Of a DNA stretch of 64,000 bases, positions 20,654 through 32,015 are shown in pieces. Below the pieces are notes generated by a model. That model made no database searches. It was not told the origin of the DNA and worked only from the letters and a program-made list of their open reading frames with translations. The position numbers and the translations under genes were made by a program. The DNA is from an uncultured delta proteobacterium (lineage in GTDB: Bacteria > Desulfobacterota > WTBG01 > CAIYCZ01 > CAIRTM01), in assembly GCA_963804955.1 (NCBI GenBank), contig CAWDSQ010000007.1:214546-278545 (forward strand), in the 5' to 3' direction. The number at the start of each line of letters is the position of its first letter. Within the stretch, counting starts at the first letter, position 1.

Positions 20654-21388
20654 ATGAGTATATTCACGAAACGATGGGCCTGTGCCTCTGCTGCACTCAT
20701 TTGCATACTGCTTGCGGCGCCAGGATATGCCGAAGCGATGCGTTTTGAATATTCTGCCGGCCAGGATGGTTTCCAGTTCAAATACCGCATACCTTTTTTG
20801 GGCTTTGGCAGGGTGAATCTGGCCGACCCGGCTGACCCGCCGGAGGCTATCAACATCCGGTTTCTTTTTGTAAAACTGGCCACCATACAGTTGTCGATTG
20901 CTTCTGTAAACCCTGATGCAAAACAGCCCAATCTCACGCTGCGCTATGATATTTCAAGCCGGTTTTCGTCTTCACCGAAATCCGGCACTATTCCGGTTTC
21001 TTTTGGAGACGGAGGCCTCAGAATAAAGTTTTTTCGCCCATGGTTTTTATGGACCAGGGGCAATGATGCAGATATACGGCTGCTGCTGACCAGAAAAAAA
21101 ACAAAGGCCGTGTTTGATTTTAGTTTGCCGAAGCTTGAGGGCACATGGGTGGATGAAGCCAACAGCCAGGACAATCAAATCCAGCAGTCAATAACCAACA
21201 ATGATAATGAGACCTTTGCAGATATTACCATGACGTTTACCTATCTGCCGGCTTTTGTCACGAGAGTTAATTACTCTATAACCGTAACGCCCGACCCCGC
21301 GGGCGACCCTGATAATTCATCCAGTTTTGACGGCGATCTGGTGCTGCCCAATGGCAGTTATCATGCCTGGTTTAATGCTGCACAATAA
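20654..21388 (+). CDS. secreted hypothetical protein
   Basis: signal peptide MSIFTKRWACASAALICILLAAPGYAEA; no recognised domain. Confidence 0.45.
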   Translation: MSIFTKRWACASAALICILLAAPGYAEAMRFEYSAGQDGFQFKYRIPFLGFGRVNLADPADPPEAINIRFLFVKLATIQLSIASVNPDAKQPNLTLRYDISSRFSSSPKSGTIPVSFGDGGLRIKFFRPWFLWTRGNDADIRLLLTRKKTKAVFDFSLPKLEGTWVDEANSQDNQIQQSITNNDNETFADITMTFTYLPAFVTRVNYSITVTPDPAGDPDNSSSFDGDLVLPNGSYHAWFNAAQ

Positions 21389-21741
21389 AATGGCTCCAGC
21401 AGGAACTGTGGGCCGCCTGACTGGTGCCTTAAAAAAACCGGCATGAGCTATTATTCCCCCTTTAGCAAAGGGGGTTGGGGGGATTTGTCAGATTGCAAAA
21501 AATCCCCCTGTATCCCCCTTTTCCAAAGGGGGATGAAAACAGGCATATTTTTTTGTATACATACTATTGCCCCTCTTGTTTATGGGACGCTATACTCAGA
21601 TTGATGCGCACTGCGCAGCCTGCAGACTCCTTCATTTGAAATGACAATGCGGCTGCACTATTTTGAGAAATGCTCGAAGGTTATCCGGCATTTTAAAAAT
21701 ATCACCAGCTGTATCTTATAAAGAATTTTATCTGAAATTGC

Positions 21742-22659
21742 ATGAAACAGCTCCGCATCGGCTATCTTTCCACGCTGTATCATACCTCCCATATCCTGAA
21801 GCACCAGGGCCGCATTGATGCCGGGCTTGGCGTTGCGGCGCAGTGGCAGCTGTTTGGAACAGGGCCTGCCATGGTCGAGGCTTTTGCCCGGGGAGAGCTC
21901 GACCTTGGCTATATAGGTCTTCCGCCTGCCATGATCGGCATCAGCCGGGGGCTTCCCCTGAAGTGCATCGCCGGCGGGCATATTGAGGGTACGGTGATGG
22001 TAGGCCCTGCTGACCTGGGCACTGCCCGGGACATGCACGACAGAAACGATATTCTTGCGCGGTTTGCAGGCAAAAAGATCGGCGCGCCTGCCCGCGGCTC
22101 GATTCATGATATTATCATCCGCCACCTTTTGCACACACAGGGCGTTGCCGGCGCTTCTGTGGTCAATTATCCGTGGGCCGATCTTATGCCGCAGGCCATT
22201 GCCGATGGCGAGATTGCAGCGGCAGTGGGCACGCCGCCCCTTGCGGCAGTGGCGCAGGCCTGGTACGGCCACAGCATCATCATCCCGCCCGGGCTTGTAT
22301 GGCCTTTCAATCCCAGCTACGGCATTATCGTGCATGCGGATCTGCTGAATGAGAGAGATTTTCTGGATGGCTTTATCGGGCTGCATGAGCAGGCCTGCGC
22401 CTGCATGCGCGAGCAGCCGGGCGAGGCCGCACGGATTCTATCCCAGGCAGTGAAAGTCGTCGATGCGGCCTTTGTGCAGAGAGTGCTGGCTGTTTCGCCG
22501 CATTACTGCTCGGCACTGCCCGAGCCCTATCGCGCGGCAACCATGGCATTTGTTCCGGTGCTGCGGGAACTGGGGTATATAGACCGGGAGCTTGAGGAGC
22601 GGGAGGTTTTTGATCTTTCCTTCATCGGCCGGGTGCATGCCGGGCCCCACCATTACTGA
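21742..22659 (+). CDS. NMT1/THI5-like (ABC-type nitrate/sulfonate/bicarbonate substrate-binding-like) protein
   Basis: 305 aa; periplasmic binding protein type-2 fold-like N-terminus. Confidence 0.45.
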   Translation: MKQLRIGYLSTLYHTSHILKHQGRIDAGLGVAAQWQLFGTGPAMVEAFARGELDLGYIGLPPAMIGISRGLPLKCIAGGHIEGTVMVGPADLGTARDMHDRNDILARFAGKKIGAPARGSIHDIIIRHLLHTQGVAGASVVNYPWADLMPQAIADGEIAAAVGTPPLAAVAQAWYGHSIIIPPGLVWPFNPSYGIIVHADLLNERDFLDGFIGLHEQACACMREQPGEAARILSQAVKVVDAAFVQRVLAVSPHYCSALPEPYRAATMAFVPVLRELGYIDRELEEREVFDLSFIGRVHAGPHHY

Positions 22660-23354
22660 TCATCATGCTTCTTTTTGGCCGGGCAGCCCTCAACCACGAC
22701 GGTGAATTCGCCTTTTATCACAGCGCTGCCCAGTTTATCTGCAATCACGGAAAGCGATCCGTATATAAATTCTTCATGCAGTTTGGTGAGCTCCCGGGCA
22801 ACAACTGCGCGCCGCTCGCCAAGCACCTCCATCATATCGGCAATGGCTGCCTGAATTCTATAGGGGGATTCATAGAAGATGAGCGTCCGCTCTTCGCCGG
22901 CTATTTTTTTAAGCAGATTCTTGCGCTTGCCCGACTTGGGCGGCAGAAATCCTTCAAAGGCAAAACGGTGCACGGCCAGGCCCGAGGCGCTCAGTGCTGC
23001 AATGGCAGCGCAGACGCCGGGCAGGGGCACGACGGTTATCGATTCGGCAATAGCCGCGGCAACAATGCGAAATCCCGGATCTGAAATGGTGGGCGTGCCT
23101 GCTTCTGAAACAAGGGCAATATTTTTCCCCTCCTTCAGCCGGCTTACAAGCCAGCCGGTTTTTACCTGCTCATTATGCTCAAAGTAGCTGGTAAGGGGCT
23201 TCTTTATGGTATAATGATTCAAAAGGATGGAGGTTTTGCGCGTATCCTCTGCGGCAATGAGATCAACCTCGGCGAGAATGCGCAGCGCCCGCATGGTGAT
23301 ATCTTCGAGATTGCCGATAGGGGTTGAAACGATATAGAGTGTGCCTGTTGACAT
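22653..23354 (-). CDS. rsmI: 16S rRNA (cytidine1402-2'-O)-methyltransferase
   Basis: …LYIVSTPIGNLEDITMRALRIL…AAEDTR…; start at MSTGTLY. Confidence 0.85.
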   Translation of the reverse strand: MSTGTLYIVSTPIGNLEDITMRALRILAEVDLIAAEDTRKTSILLNHYTIKKPLTSYFEHNEQVKTGWLVSRLKEGKNIALVSEAGTPTISDPGFRIVAAAIAESITVVPLPGVCAAIAALSASGLAVHRFAFEGFLPPKSGKRKNLLKKIAGEERTLIFYESPYRIQAAIADMMEVLGERRAVVARELTKLHEEFIYGSLSVIADKLGSAVIKGEFTVVVEGCPAKKKHDDQ

Positions 23355-23681
23355 GCCTGCGCCTTTTTTGAATGAATTGTGATGCTCACGCAAAAAGTTA
23401 AAAAAACAGTCATTGCGGACGAAGTAGGGGCTCAAGATTTTGAGCCCCTGCGAAAAACAGAGATGTGATGCAAGGCTCGAAAAACGGTCAATGACAGCAG
23501 GTGCTTTTTTGTCATCGCGGGGCCACAGGCCGTGGCGATCTCATGTGCCGGTGCAGGACCGGGATTGCCGCGTCAGTCGCTCCGCTCTTTCCTTGCAATG
23601 ACGGTCATCGCGACTTATTTATAAGAGTAGCAGTTGTTGTAGCCGCAGTTTAATGCATCAGGGAGGTGCTGTCCACAGATT

Positions 23682-24698
23682 ATGAAAAAAAAGAGAACGG
23701 CAGTCAGCTTGTCACCGCAGCTCGAGCAGCTGCTCAGCAGCAATGCGGGCCTGGAAGACGGGCTGCGCAAAAACAAAAAATTGCTGCAGGAACTGGCGGG
23801 AGCAGTGAAGGCGCTCTCGGATGCCTATGTTGAGCCGGAGCAGTGTGACTGGAAAGCGCTCTACAAGAACACAGCAGCCGTCCATGCCTACCTGCTTTAT
23901 TATCTGCCGGTAAATCTGGTCAAGCTTTTTCCGCTGCTGGATGAGCTTGCCAAAGGCGGCGCTTTCGATGTCGCGCAGCGGCAGCATATGTCCGTACTTG
24001 ATATCGGGTGCGGCCCCGGCACTTTCATGCTCGGTCTGCTTGAATACTGTTGCCGGGCCGGCAGGCCGGAATCTGCCGGCCCTGTATCAATTTCTCTTAC
24101 CGGCATCGACCGCAGCAAAGACAACCTGGCTGCGGCAGACAGGCTCATCCGGCAGTATTGCAGCCCCGGCTGTTTGCCTCCGGGCATGACGGTCACGGCA
24201 TCGTTCAGGCAGGGCTCCGTGCTCTCACCGGATTTTTTGAACAGCCCCGAACTGTATGATCTCATTATCGCCGGCAATGTGCTTGCAGAGCTGCAGGGAG
24301 AAGCTCTTTCCTCCTGTCTGGCTGCAATCACTGAGCATCTGGCCCCGGGCGGAGCGCTCATTATTGTAGATCCCGGTACGCGCCGCGCGGCACAGCGCCT
24401 GCTTGATGTCAGGAACATGCTTCTTCAGAATACCGGGTTGCGGCTGTATGCCCCCTGCCTCTGCGCCGCGCCCTGCCCCCTGCAGGATGACCCCGGGCAG
24501 TGGTGCCATGAAAAGCTGTTCTGGCAGCCCACGGAGGCTGTTCGCCTGATCGACAGCGTGCTTGGTTTCACCAAAGAAAAAGGGATCAAGTATTCATTTC
24601 TCAGTTTTGTAAAGAAGGATGTTGACACGGCTGAGCCTGTATGCCGGCATGGCGCAGGAAAAGATCTGGCGGGTCGGCAGCTATGTGATAAAAAATAA
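23682..24698 (+). CDS. Rsm22-like SAM-dependent methyltransferase (possibly extended by frameshift into 24619..24891)
   Basis: …VLDIGCGPGTF… SAM motif and Cys cluster CLCAAPCPLQDDPGQWCHE. Confidence 0.5.
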   Translation: MKKKRTAVSLSPQLEQLLSSNAGLEDGLRKNKKLLQELAGAVKALSDAYVEPEQCDWKALYKNTAAVHAYLLYYLPVNLVKLFPLLDELAKGGAFDVAQRQHMSVLDIGCGPGTFMLGLLEYCCRAGRPESAGPVSISLTGIDRSKDNLAAADRLIRQYCSPGCLPPGMTVTASFRQGSVLSPDFLNSPELYDLIIAGNVLAELQGEALSSCLAAITEHLAPGGALIIVDPGTRRAAQRLLDVRNMLLQNTGLRLYAPCLCAAPCPLQDDPGQWCHEKLFWQPTEAVRLIDSVLGFTKEKGIKYSFLSFVKKDVDTAEPVCRHGAGKDLAGRQLCDKK

Positions 24699-24930
24699 AG
24701 GTGAGCATCGGCTGTGGGTCTGCAATGGACGGCAGCGGCTGCTGCTGCGCCGCCTTGAACGCAATTGTTCAGAGACAAACAGTGATTTTGACCAGGCTGA
24801 GCGCGGCGATATTGTTTTTGTCGACGGAACCGTTGCCCGCGCTGCATTTCATGATATGCCGCGGGAGGCTGTTTTTACCATCCTGCAATGATATGCGCTG
24901 AGGGTTCTGCACGCTGTTGCGAGTTGGTAG

Positions 24931-25057
24931 GGTGCGCCGTGCGCACCGATGACGGCAGGTTATTGTGTTGCTATGCCCGCGGTGTAAAAAACCGGATAGG
25001 CGACGTGGTTTTAAATTTGATTTTTGTTTAATTATCGGTGCGCACGGCGCACCCTAC
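24931..25057. promoter_or_regulatory. long inverted repeat (23-bp arms tagggtgcgccgtgcgcaccgat / atcggtgcgcacggcgcacccta, about 80 bp apart), upstream of the M48 protease promoter (-10 TATAAT at 25120)
   Basis: perfect reverse-complement arms seen in sequence. Confidence 0.5.
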
Positions 25058-25176
25058 GCCCTGAACACACAGAACGAATCATATTGCAGCCGACCCCGCT
25101 AAAGCGGGGCGGCTGAGCTTTAGCGGTATAATTCTTGTTTTGAAGCCGGGATGTCCAGGAAAGAAAGCAAAAAGCT

Positions 25177-26493
25177 ATGCATACATCAGTTTTTTCACGC
25201 CGCGATTTTATTAAACTGACCGGCCTTACTGCCGCGGGGCTCGCTCTTGGCTGCGCGGTCAATCCCGTCACCGGGCAGTCGCAACTGATGCTTGTGTCTG
25301 AAGGGGATGAGGTTCAGCTCGACCGCCAGAGCTCGCCGTTTCAGCTTTCGGCAGACTATGGCATGGTGCAGGACAGCGCTCTTGCTGCCTATGTCAGCGG
25401 GGTGGGCATGCGCCTTGCAAAACTTACCCACCGGCCGCAGATGCCCTATGCCTTCCGCACGGTCAATGCCGTGTATGTCAATGCCTATGCTTTTCCCGGC
25501 GGCACAATCGCCGCCACGCGGGGCATTTTGCTGAAACTCAGGAATGAGGCGGAGCTAGCGGCCCTTTTAGGGCATGAGCTGGGGCATGTGAATGCACGGC
25601 ATACGGCGCAGCAGGCCTCAAAAAGCATGATTGCGCAGGCAGTGCTGGGCAGCGTTGCCATGATTGCGGGCACAACAAGCCAGGCTCTGGGAAATATTGC
25701 TTCGCAAATGGGCATGATCGGCGCGGGGGTGCTGCTTGCTTCCTACAGCCGTGAAGCCGAAAGGCAGGCAGACAGCCTCAGCATGGACTATGCCGTGCGC
25801 GCCGGCTACAGCCCCGAGGGCTGTGTCGGGCTCATGGACATGCTGAAAGGACTTTCCAAAAGCCGCTCCGGGGCTGTTGAGCTGCTGTTTTCCACGCATC
25901 CCATGAGCGAAGACCGCTATCAGGCCATGGCAGCGGAAGCATCGCAGAAATACGCCGCAGCCCGTACAAACCCCCTGTACCGCGAGCGGTATATGGATAA
26001 CACGTCCCGCCTGCGCAGCCGGCAGGCTGCCATCGAGTCGATGCAGAAGGCAGAAGAGGAGCTTGCCAAAAAACAGTACGGCCCTGCCGAGGCGCTGCTG
26101 CGCCGGGCTCTTTCGCTTGCCCCTGATGATTATGCCGGGCTTCTCATCATGGCCAAGTGCCGGTTTATGCAGGAGCGCTACGGCGAGGCGCAGCGCTACG
26201 GGCAGCAGGCAAAGCAGGCTTACCCCGGCGAGGCGCAGGGCCACCAGGTGTGCGCGTATGCCTGCATGAAACTGAAAAAATATGACCTGGCGTATCAGGA
26301 TTTTTCAACCGTCGAGCGCCTGCTGCCCGGCAATCCGGATAATGCTTTCAGCAAGGGATACTGCCTTGAGCAGATGGGCCGCAAGCCTGATGCTGCCAGG
26401 GAGTACCAGCGGTATCTCCAGAAGGTGCAGGAGGGTGACAAGGCCCGGTATGCCTACCAGCGCCTGGTGCAGTGGGGGTATGTGAATGGATAG
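25177..26493 (+). CDS. M48 family metalloprotease with C-terminal TPR repeats (BepA-like), Tat/lipoprotein-type signal
   Basis: HEXXH (…LGHELGHVNARH…), N-terminal RRDFIKLTGLTAAGLALGC. Confidence 0.75.
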   Translation: MHTSVFSRRDFIKLTGLTAAGLALGCAVNPVTGQSQLMLVSEGDEVQLDRQSSPFQLSADYGMVQDSALAAYVSGVGMRLAKLTHRPQMPYAFRTVNAVYVNAYAFPGGTIAATRGILLKLRNEAELAALLGHELGHVNARHTAQQASKSMIAQAVLGSVAMIAGTTSQALGNIASQMGMIGAGVLLASYSREAERQADSLSMDYAVRAGYSPEGCVGLMDMLKGLSKSRSGAVELLFSTHPMSEDRYQAMAAEASQKYAAARTNPLYRERYMDNTSRLRSRQAAIESMQKAEEELAKKQYGPAEALLRRALSLAPDDYAGLLIMAKCRFMQERYGEAQRYGQQAKQAYPGEAQGHQVCAYACMKLKKYDLAYQDFSTVERLLPGNPDNAFSKGYCLEQMGRKPDAAREYQRYLQKVQEGDKARYAYQRLVQWGYVNG

Positions 26494-26534
26494 AGTATTT
26501 TTCTTTATTTTGCAGCCGAATTCTCCATAGCTGC

Positions 26535-26640
26535 CATTCCCGTTCGTGGTGAGCCCTGAGCTTGACGAAGGGTCGAACCATGAACGGAAAGGCGGCCCTT
26601 CGATCCTTCGACAGGCTCAGGATGCAGGGCGAACGGATAG
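26535..26640. repeat. palindromic dispersed repeat (inverted copy of 795-870 element)
   Basis: gagccctgagcttgacgaagggtcgaaccatgaacgg … cttcgacaggctcagg…gggcgaacgg. Confidence 0.5.
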
Positions 26641-26771
26641 GAGTTTTTTTTGAAGATATTTTTTTTGCAGGCTACAGTATTTAGAAAAATGCTCTCGTTA
26701 AGCTGCCAGCAAGAAAAAAGCCCCCGCGCCATAAGGCACAGGGGCTTTTGCTTGTAGCGGGTGAGTTTGGA

Positions 26772-28412
<1,641 letters not shown>

Positions 28413-28446
28413 CTAGCCTCCACTATATATTAATTGTTTATTTAAA

Positions 28447-28737
28447 TTACTTCTGGATGATGCCCAGGATATCGTCTTCGCGCAGGATCAGATGCTCTTC
28501 ATTTTCGATTTTGATCTCGGTGCCTGCATATTTGCCGAACAGCACGATGTCGCCTGCCTTCACCTCGGGTGCAACGCGGGTGCCCTTTTCATTCAATTTT
28601 CCGGGGCCTACGGCTATAACCTTGCCCTCCATGGGCTTTTCTTTGGCGCTGTCGGGGATGATGATGCCGCCCTTGGTCTTTTCTTCGCCTTCCAGTCTTT
28701 TAACGATGATTCGGTCCTGCAGTGGTCTGATTTTCAT
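28447..28737 (-). CDS. groS: co-chaperonin GroES
   Basis: 96 aa. Confidence 0.95.
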   Translation of the reverse strand: MKIRPLQDRIIVKRLEGEEKTKGGIIIPDSAKEKPMEGKVIAVGPGKLNEKGTRVAPEVKAGDIVLFGKYAGTEIKIENEEHLILREDDILGIIQK

Positions 28738-28965
28738 ACGTTTCCTCCTTTGACTACTGTTTAATGGTTGCCTTAAACTTGAATAAATTCAAATAGTTAG
28801 GCTTTTTAGGGTGTTTTAGTGCACCGCGCATTAGCAAATGCTTGATAATATAAGGTATATCGTAACAGAGTCAAGGCAGGGTGGTCATTTTTTTTTAAAA
28901 AATGCGTGAGAAAGCCTGCTTGACTTGAAGACAGGAAGCTCTTATGTTTATCTTAAATAACGCTT

Positions 28966-29829
28966 TTGAAAGGAACGGCAATGGGAAATCAGCTTAAAAC
29001 CGCAGTTTTGCTTGGCGTTTTGACAGCCCTCATCATCATGTTCGGCAGCTCTGTGGGCGGCCAGAACGGCATGATGATAGCATTTGTTTTTGCCCTGGGT
29101 ATGAATTTTTTCAGCTATTGGTTCAGCGACAAAATCGTTCTGCGGATGTACAAAGCACAGGAAGTCTCCGAGGCAGAGTCCCCCGAGCTTTTTGCCATAG
29201 TGCACCGGCTGACGGCAGCAGCCGGTCTTCCGATGCCCAAGCTGTATATTATCCCTGATGAGTCGCCCAATGCATTTGCCACGGGCCGAAACCCTGAGCA
29301 TGCGGCTGTGGCCGTCACACAGGGTATCCTGAGGCTTCTGAGCCGCGATGAGCTCGAGGGCGTGCTTGCCCATGAGCTTGCTCATGTAAAAAATCGAGAC
29401 ATTCTTATCGGCACTGTGGCAGCCGTGCTGGCGGGTGTTATTACCTATATAGCCCATATGGCTCAGTGGGCTGCCATGTTCGGCGGTTTTTCGCGCGATG
29501 ATGATGAGGATGGCGGCGGAAGCCTGATCGGCACCATCATTCTTGCCATTGTCGCTCCCATAGCCGCGCTGATTATTCAGATGGCGATTTCGCGCTCCCG
29601 GGAATATCTTGCGGATGAAACCGGCGCACGTTTTGCCGGCACCCCCTCGGGGCTCGCCGGAGCGCTTGAAAAGCTCGATTATGCTTCGCAGCGCGTACCG
29701 CTCAAGGCCAATCCCGCCACGGAGAATATGTTCATTGTCAAGCCCTTTACCGGCGGCGGCATCATGAACCTGTTCAGCACCCATCCGCCTATTGAGGAGC
29801 GCATTCAGCGGCTGCGGGAGTTGCGGTAA
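28966..29829 (+). CDS. htpX: heat-shock membrane protease HtpX (M48)
   Basis: …[10 protein letters not shown]… HEXXH, 4 TM segments; start may be ATG 28981. Confidence 0.85.
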   Translation: MKGTAMGNQLKTAVLLGVLTALIIMFGSSVGGQNGMMIAFVFALGMNFFSYWFSDKIVLRMYKAQEVSEAESPELFAIVHRLTAAAGLPMPKLYIIPDESPNAFATGRNPEHAAVAVTQGILRLLSRDELEGVLAHELAHVKNRDILIGTVAAVLAGVITYIAHMAQWAAMFGGFSRDDDEDGGGSLIGTIILAIVAPIAALIIQMAISRSREYLADETGARFAGTPSGLAGALEKLDYASQRVPLKANPATENMFIVKPFTGGGIMNLFSTHPPIEERIQRLRELR

Positions 29830-29972
29830 CGAGCTATTGCGGATTTTAAAATGAGAATCTAACGGGTGCGGTCATCGCGCTCCCTACGATCCTGAACACC
29901 GAACTTATAACTTCGAACTTAAGCACGGGAACATCCTTACAGCCCCTAGAATCTTGAACTCTATAACAGGGG

Positions 29973-30329
29973 ATGATCATGGAAAACAGAGAAACCGATC
30001 ACCGCCCCTGGGGCTACTATGAAGTTCTGAAGGATGAGCCGTTCTGCAAGGTAAAGAAGATCGTCGTGTATCCCGGCAAACGCCTCAGCCTGCAGCGCCA
30101 CCGGCGCCGCAGCGAGCACTGGTTTATCGTTCAGGGCCTGGCATCGGTGACGCTTGATGACGCGGTGCTGCATATTGCTGCCGGTCAGGCCGTGGATATT
30201 CCCCGCGGGGCAAAACACCGTGTTGCCAATACCGCAGCCGATGAACTGGCCTTTATTGAAATTCAGACGGGTGATTATTTTGGTGAAGACGATATAGAAC
30301 GGCTGGAAGACGATTTCGGGAGAGCCTGA
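29973..30329 (+). CDS. cupin-domain protein (mannose-6-phosphate isomerase-like)
   Basis: 118 aa cupin_2 fold signature. Confidence 0.55.
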   Translation: MIMENRETDHRPWGYYEVLKDEPFCKVKKIVVYPGKRLSLQRHRRRSEHWFIVQGLASVTLDDAVLHIAAGQAVDIPRGAKHRVANTAADELAFIEIQTGDYFGEDDIERLEDDFGRA

Positions 30330-30763
30330 GAAATTTTGATGGTTTCAAGTTAGAAAAATCTTTACGTGTTCGAATTCCGAAGATGGATGCTTTTATATTT
30401 TCCCCGCGGATTACCTCAAATACTCCATTACGCAATTTCCCGGTTTAAACGTATCCGTTGGGGATCAAAAATGCGAACAGTCCTCAGACCTCCTGATATG
30501 CACGCAGCAATCTGTGCAGGTGGGGTATCCTAGCGGAAACATGCAGATAGTCTGCGCAAACACAGCATAGAAGCCTGGCTGTTTGCCGCTCATCCCCGGT
30601 CTTTCATGCCGTAACGAACATAACAGTGTGGCTTTCAACATGCGTCCTTTCAAATCAATGGTTGTTTGCACGCACATTTTTCAAAAAATATTATTTATAC
30701 CTCTTGCATAATTTCATTTAAAGCAGTATATCTGAAAAAAACCTTTAAGAAGTTTGCCGAATT

Positions 30764-31891
30764 ATGAAAAAGAAAATAATTATTGTTGTTATTGGATTGG
30801 CTGTACTGATCGGCATTATTGCCGGCATCAAAGGCCTTCAGATCGGCAAGATGATGGGCCAGAAGCGGCCCGTACTTGTTGAGACCGTTACCGCAGCCGT
30901 AGTAGAGCACTCAGAATTGGGAATCAACACTTTCATCGGTCGGATCGCTGGTCGCGGTGCAGGGAGTAACAGTATCCGCGGAAATGGCGGGGAAGGTGGC
31001 CAGTATTGCTTTTGAGCCCGGCTCCAGCGGTGCAGGCGGGCGATTTGCTCGTGCAGCAGGATGTAGCAGCCGAGACCGCGCAGCTGCGCTCGGCGGAAGC
31101 AAGCCTTGCCCTTGCCAAAGTAAATTTCGAGCGCGCCACAAAACTGCTGCAGCAGAAAACCTATTCCCGGTCAGAGTATGACAGCGCAGATGCCCAGTTC
31201 AAGCAGGCCGCGGCACAGGCTGATAACTTAAAGGCTGTCATTGCAAAAAAAACCATCCGGGCGCCGTTTGCCGGCGTACTCGGGATACGGCTGATAAATC
31301 TCGGGCAGATGCTCAGTGCCGGAGACGCCATCGTTTCGCTGCAGGCCCTTGATCCGGTATTTGTAAATTTTTCCCTTCCCCAGCAGCAGTTCTCAAAAAT
31401 AAAAACCGGCCTGACCGTGCGCATCAAGACCGATGCGCTGCCGGGGCGGGTTCTCGATGGAACCATTACGGCTCTTAATCCGCAGGTTGAAGCTGCAACG
31501 CGCAATATCATGGTGCAGGGCAACGATAAAAAACTCCGAACTGCTGCTGCGGCCCGGCATGTTCGTAACCGTAACCCTGGTGCTGCCGGAGCAGCAGCCG
31601 GTGCTTGCCATACCCGCAACCGGGGTTTTAAACGCGCCCTACAGCGATTCGGTTTTTATTGTGGAAAAGGCCCCTGATAACAGCACCGCTGCAGGCGGCA
31701 TGGTGGTTCGCCAGCAGTTTGTGCGGCTCGGCGAGCGGCAGGGCGATTTTGTAGCGGTACATGCCGGGCTGAAACAGGGCGACATGATTGTCAGCACCGG
31801 AGTGTTTAAGCTCCGCAACGGCCAGGCTGTTGCTGTTGATAATACGCTGGCACCCAAATTCGAACTTGCGCCCACACCCAAGGACAGATGA
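30764..31891 (+). pseudogene. RND efflux membrane-fusion protein (HlyD/AcrA family), fragmented in three frames (30764..31015, 31006..31677, 31433..31891)
   Basis: N-terminal TM anchor, coiled-coil and beta-barrel segments in successive overlapping frames. Confidence 0.75.
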
Positions 31892-32015
31892 AGTCAGAAT
31901 CCAGAATCCAGGAGTCGGAACCCGGAAGAAAAGACTAAGTATCCGGAAGTTGGAGCAATAAAAATTTTTTATTTATTCTGAATTCTGCCTACGGACTTCC
32001 TTTAATGGTTATAGA

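Noticed and set aside
21658-22386. 242-aa minus-strand ORF
   Set aside because: Overlaps the NMT1-like plus-strand gene in antisense. No motif support.
28738-28965. CIRCE (HrcA) operator upstream of groES
   Set aside because: No TTAGCACTC-N9-GAGTGCTAA-like inverted repeat. The nearest candidate (ttagtgcaccgcgcattagcaa) is not palindromic.
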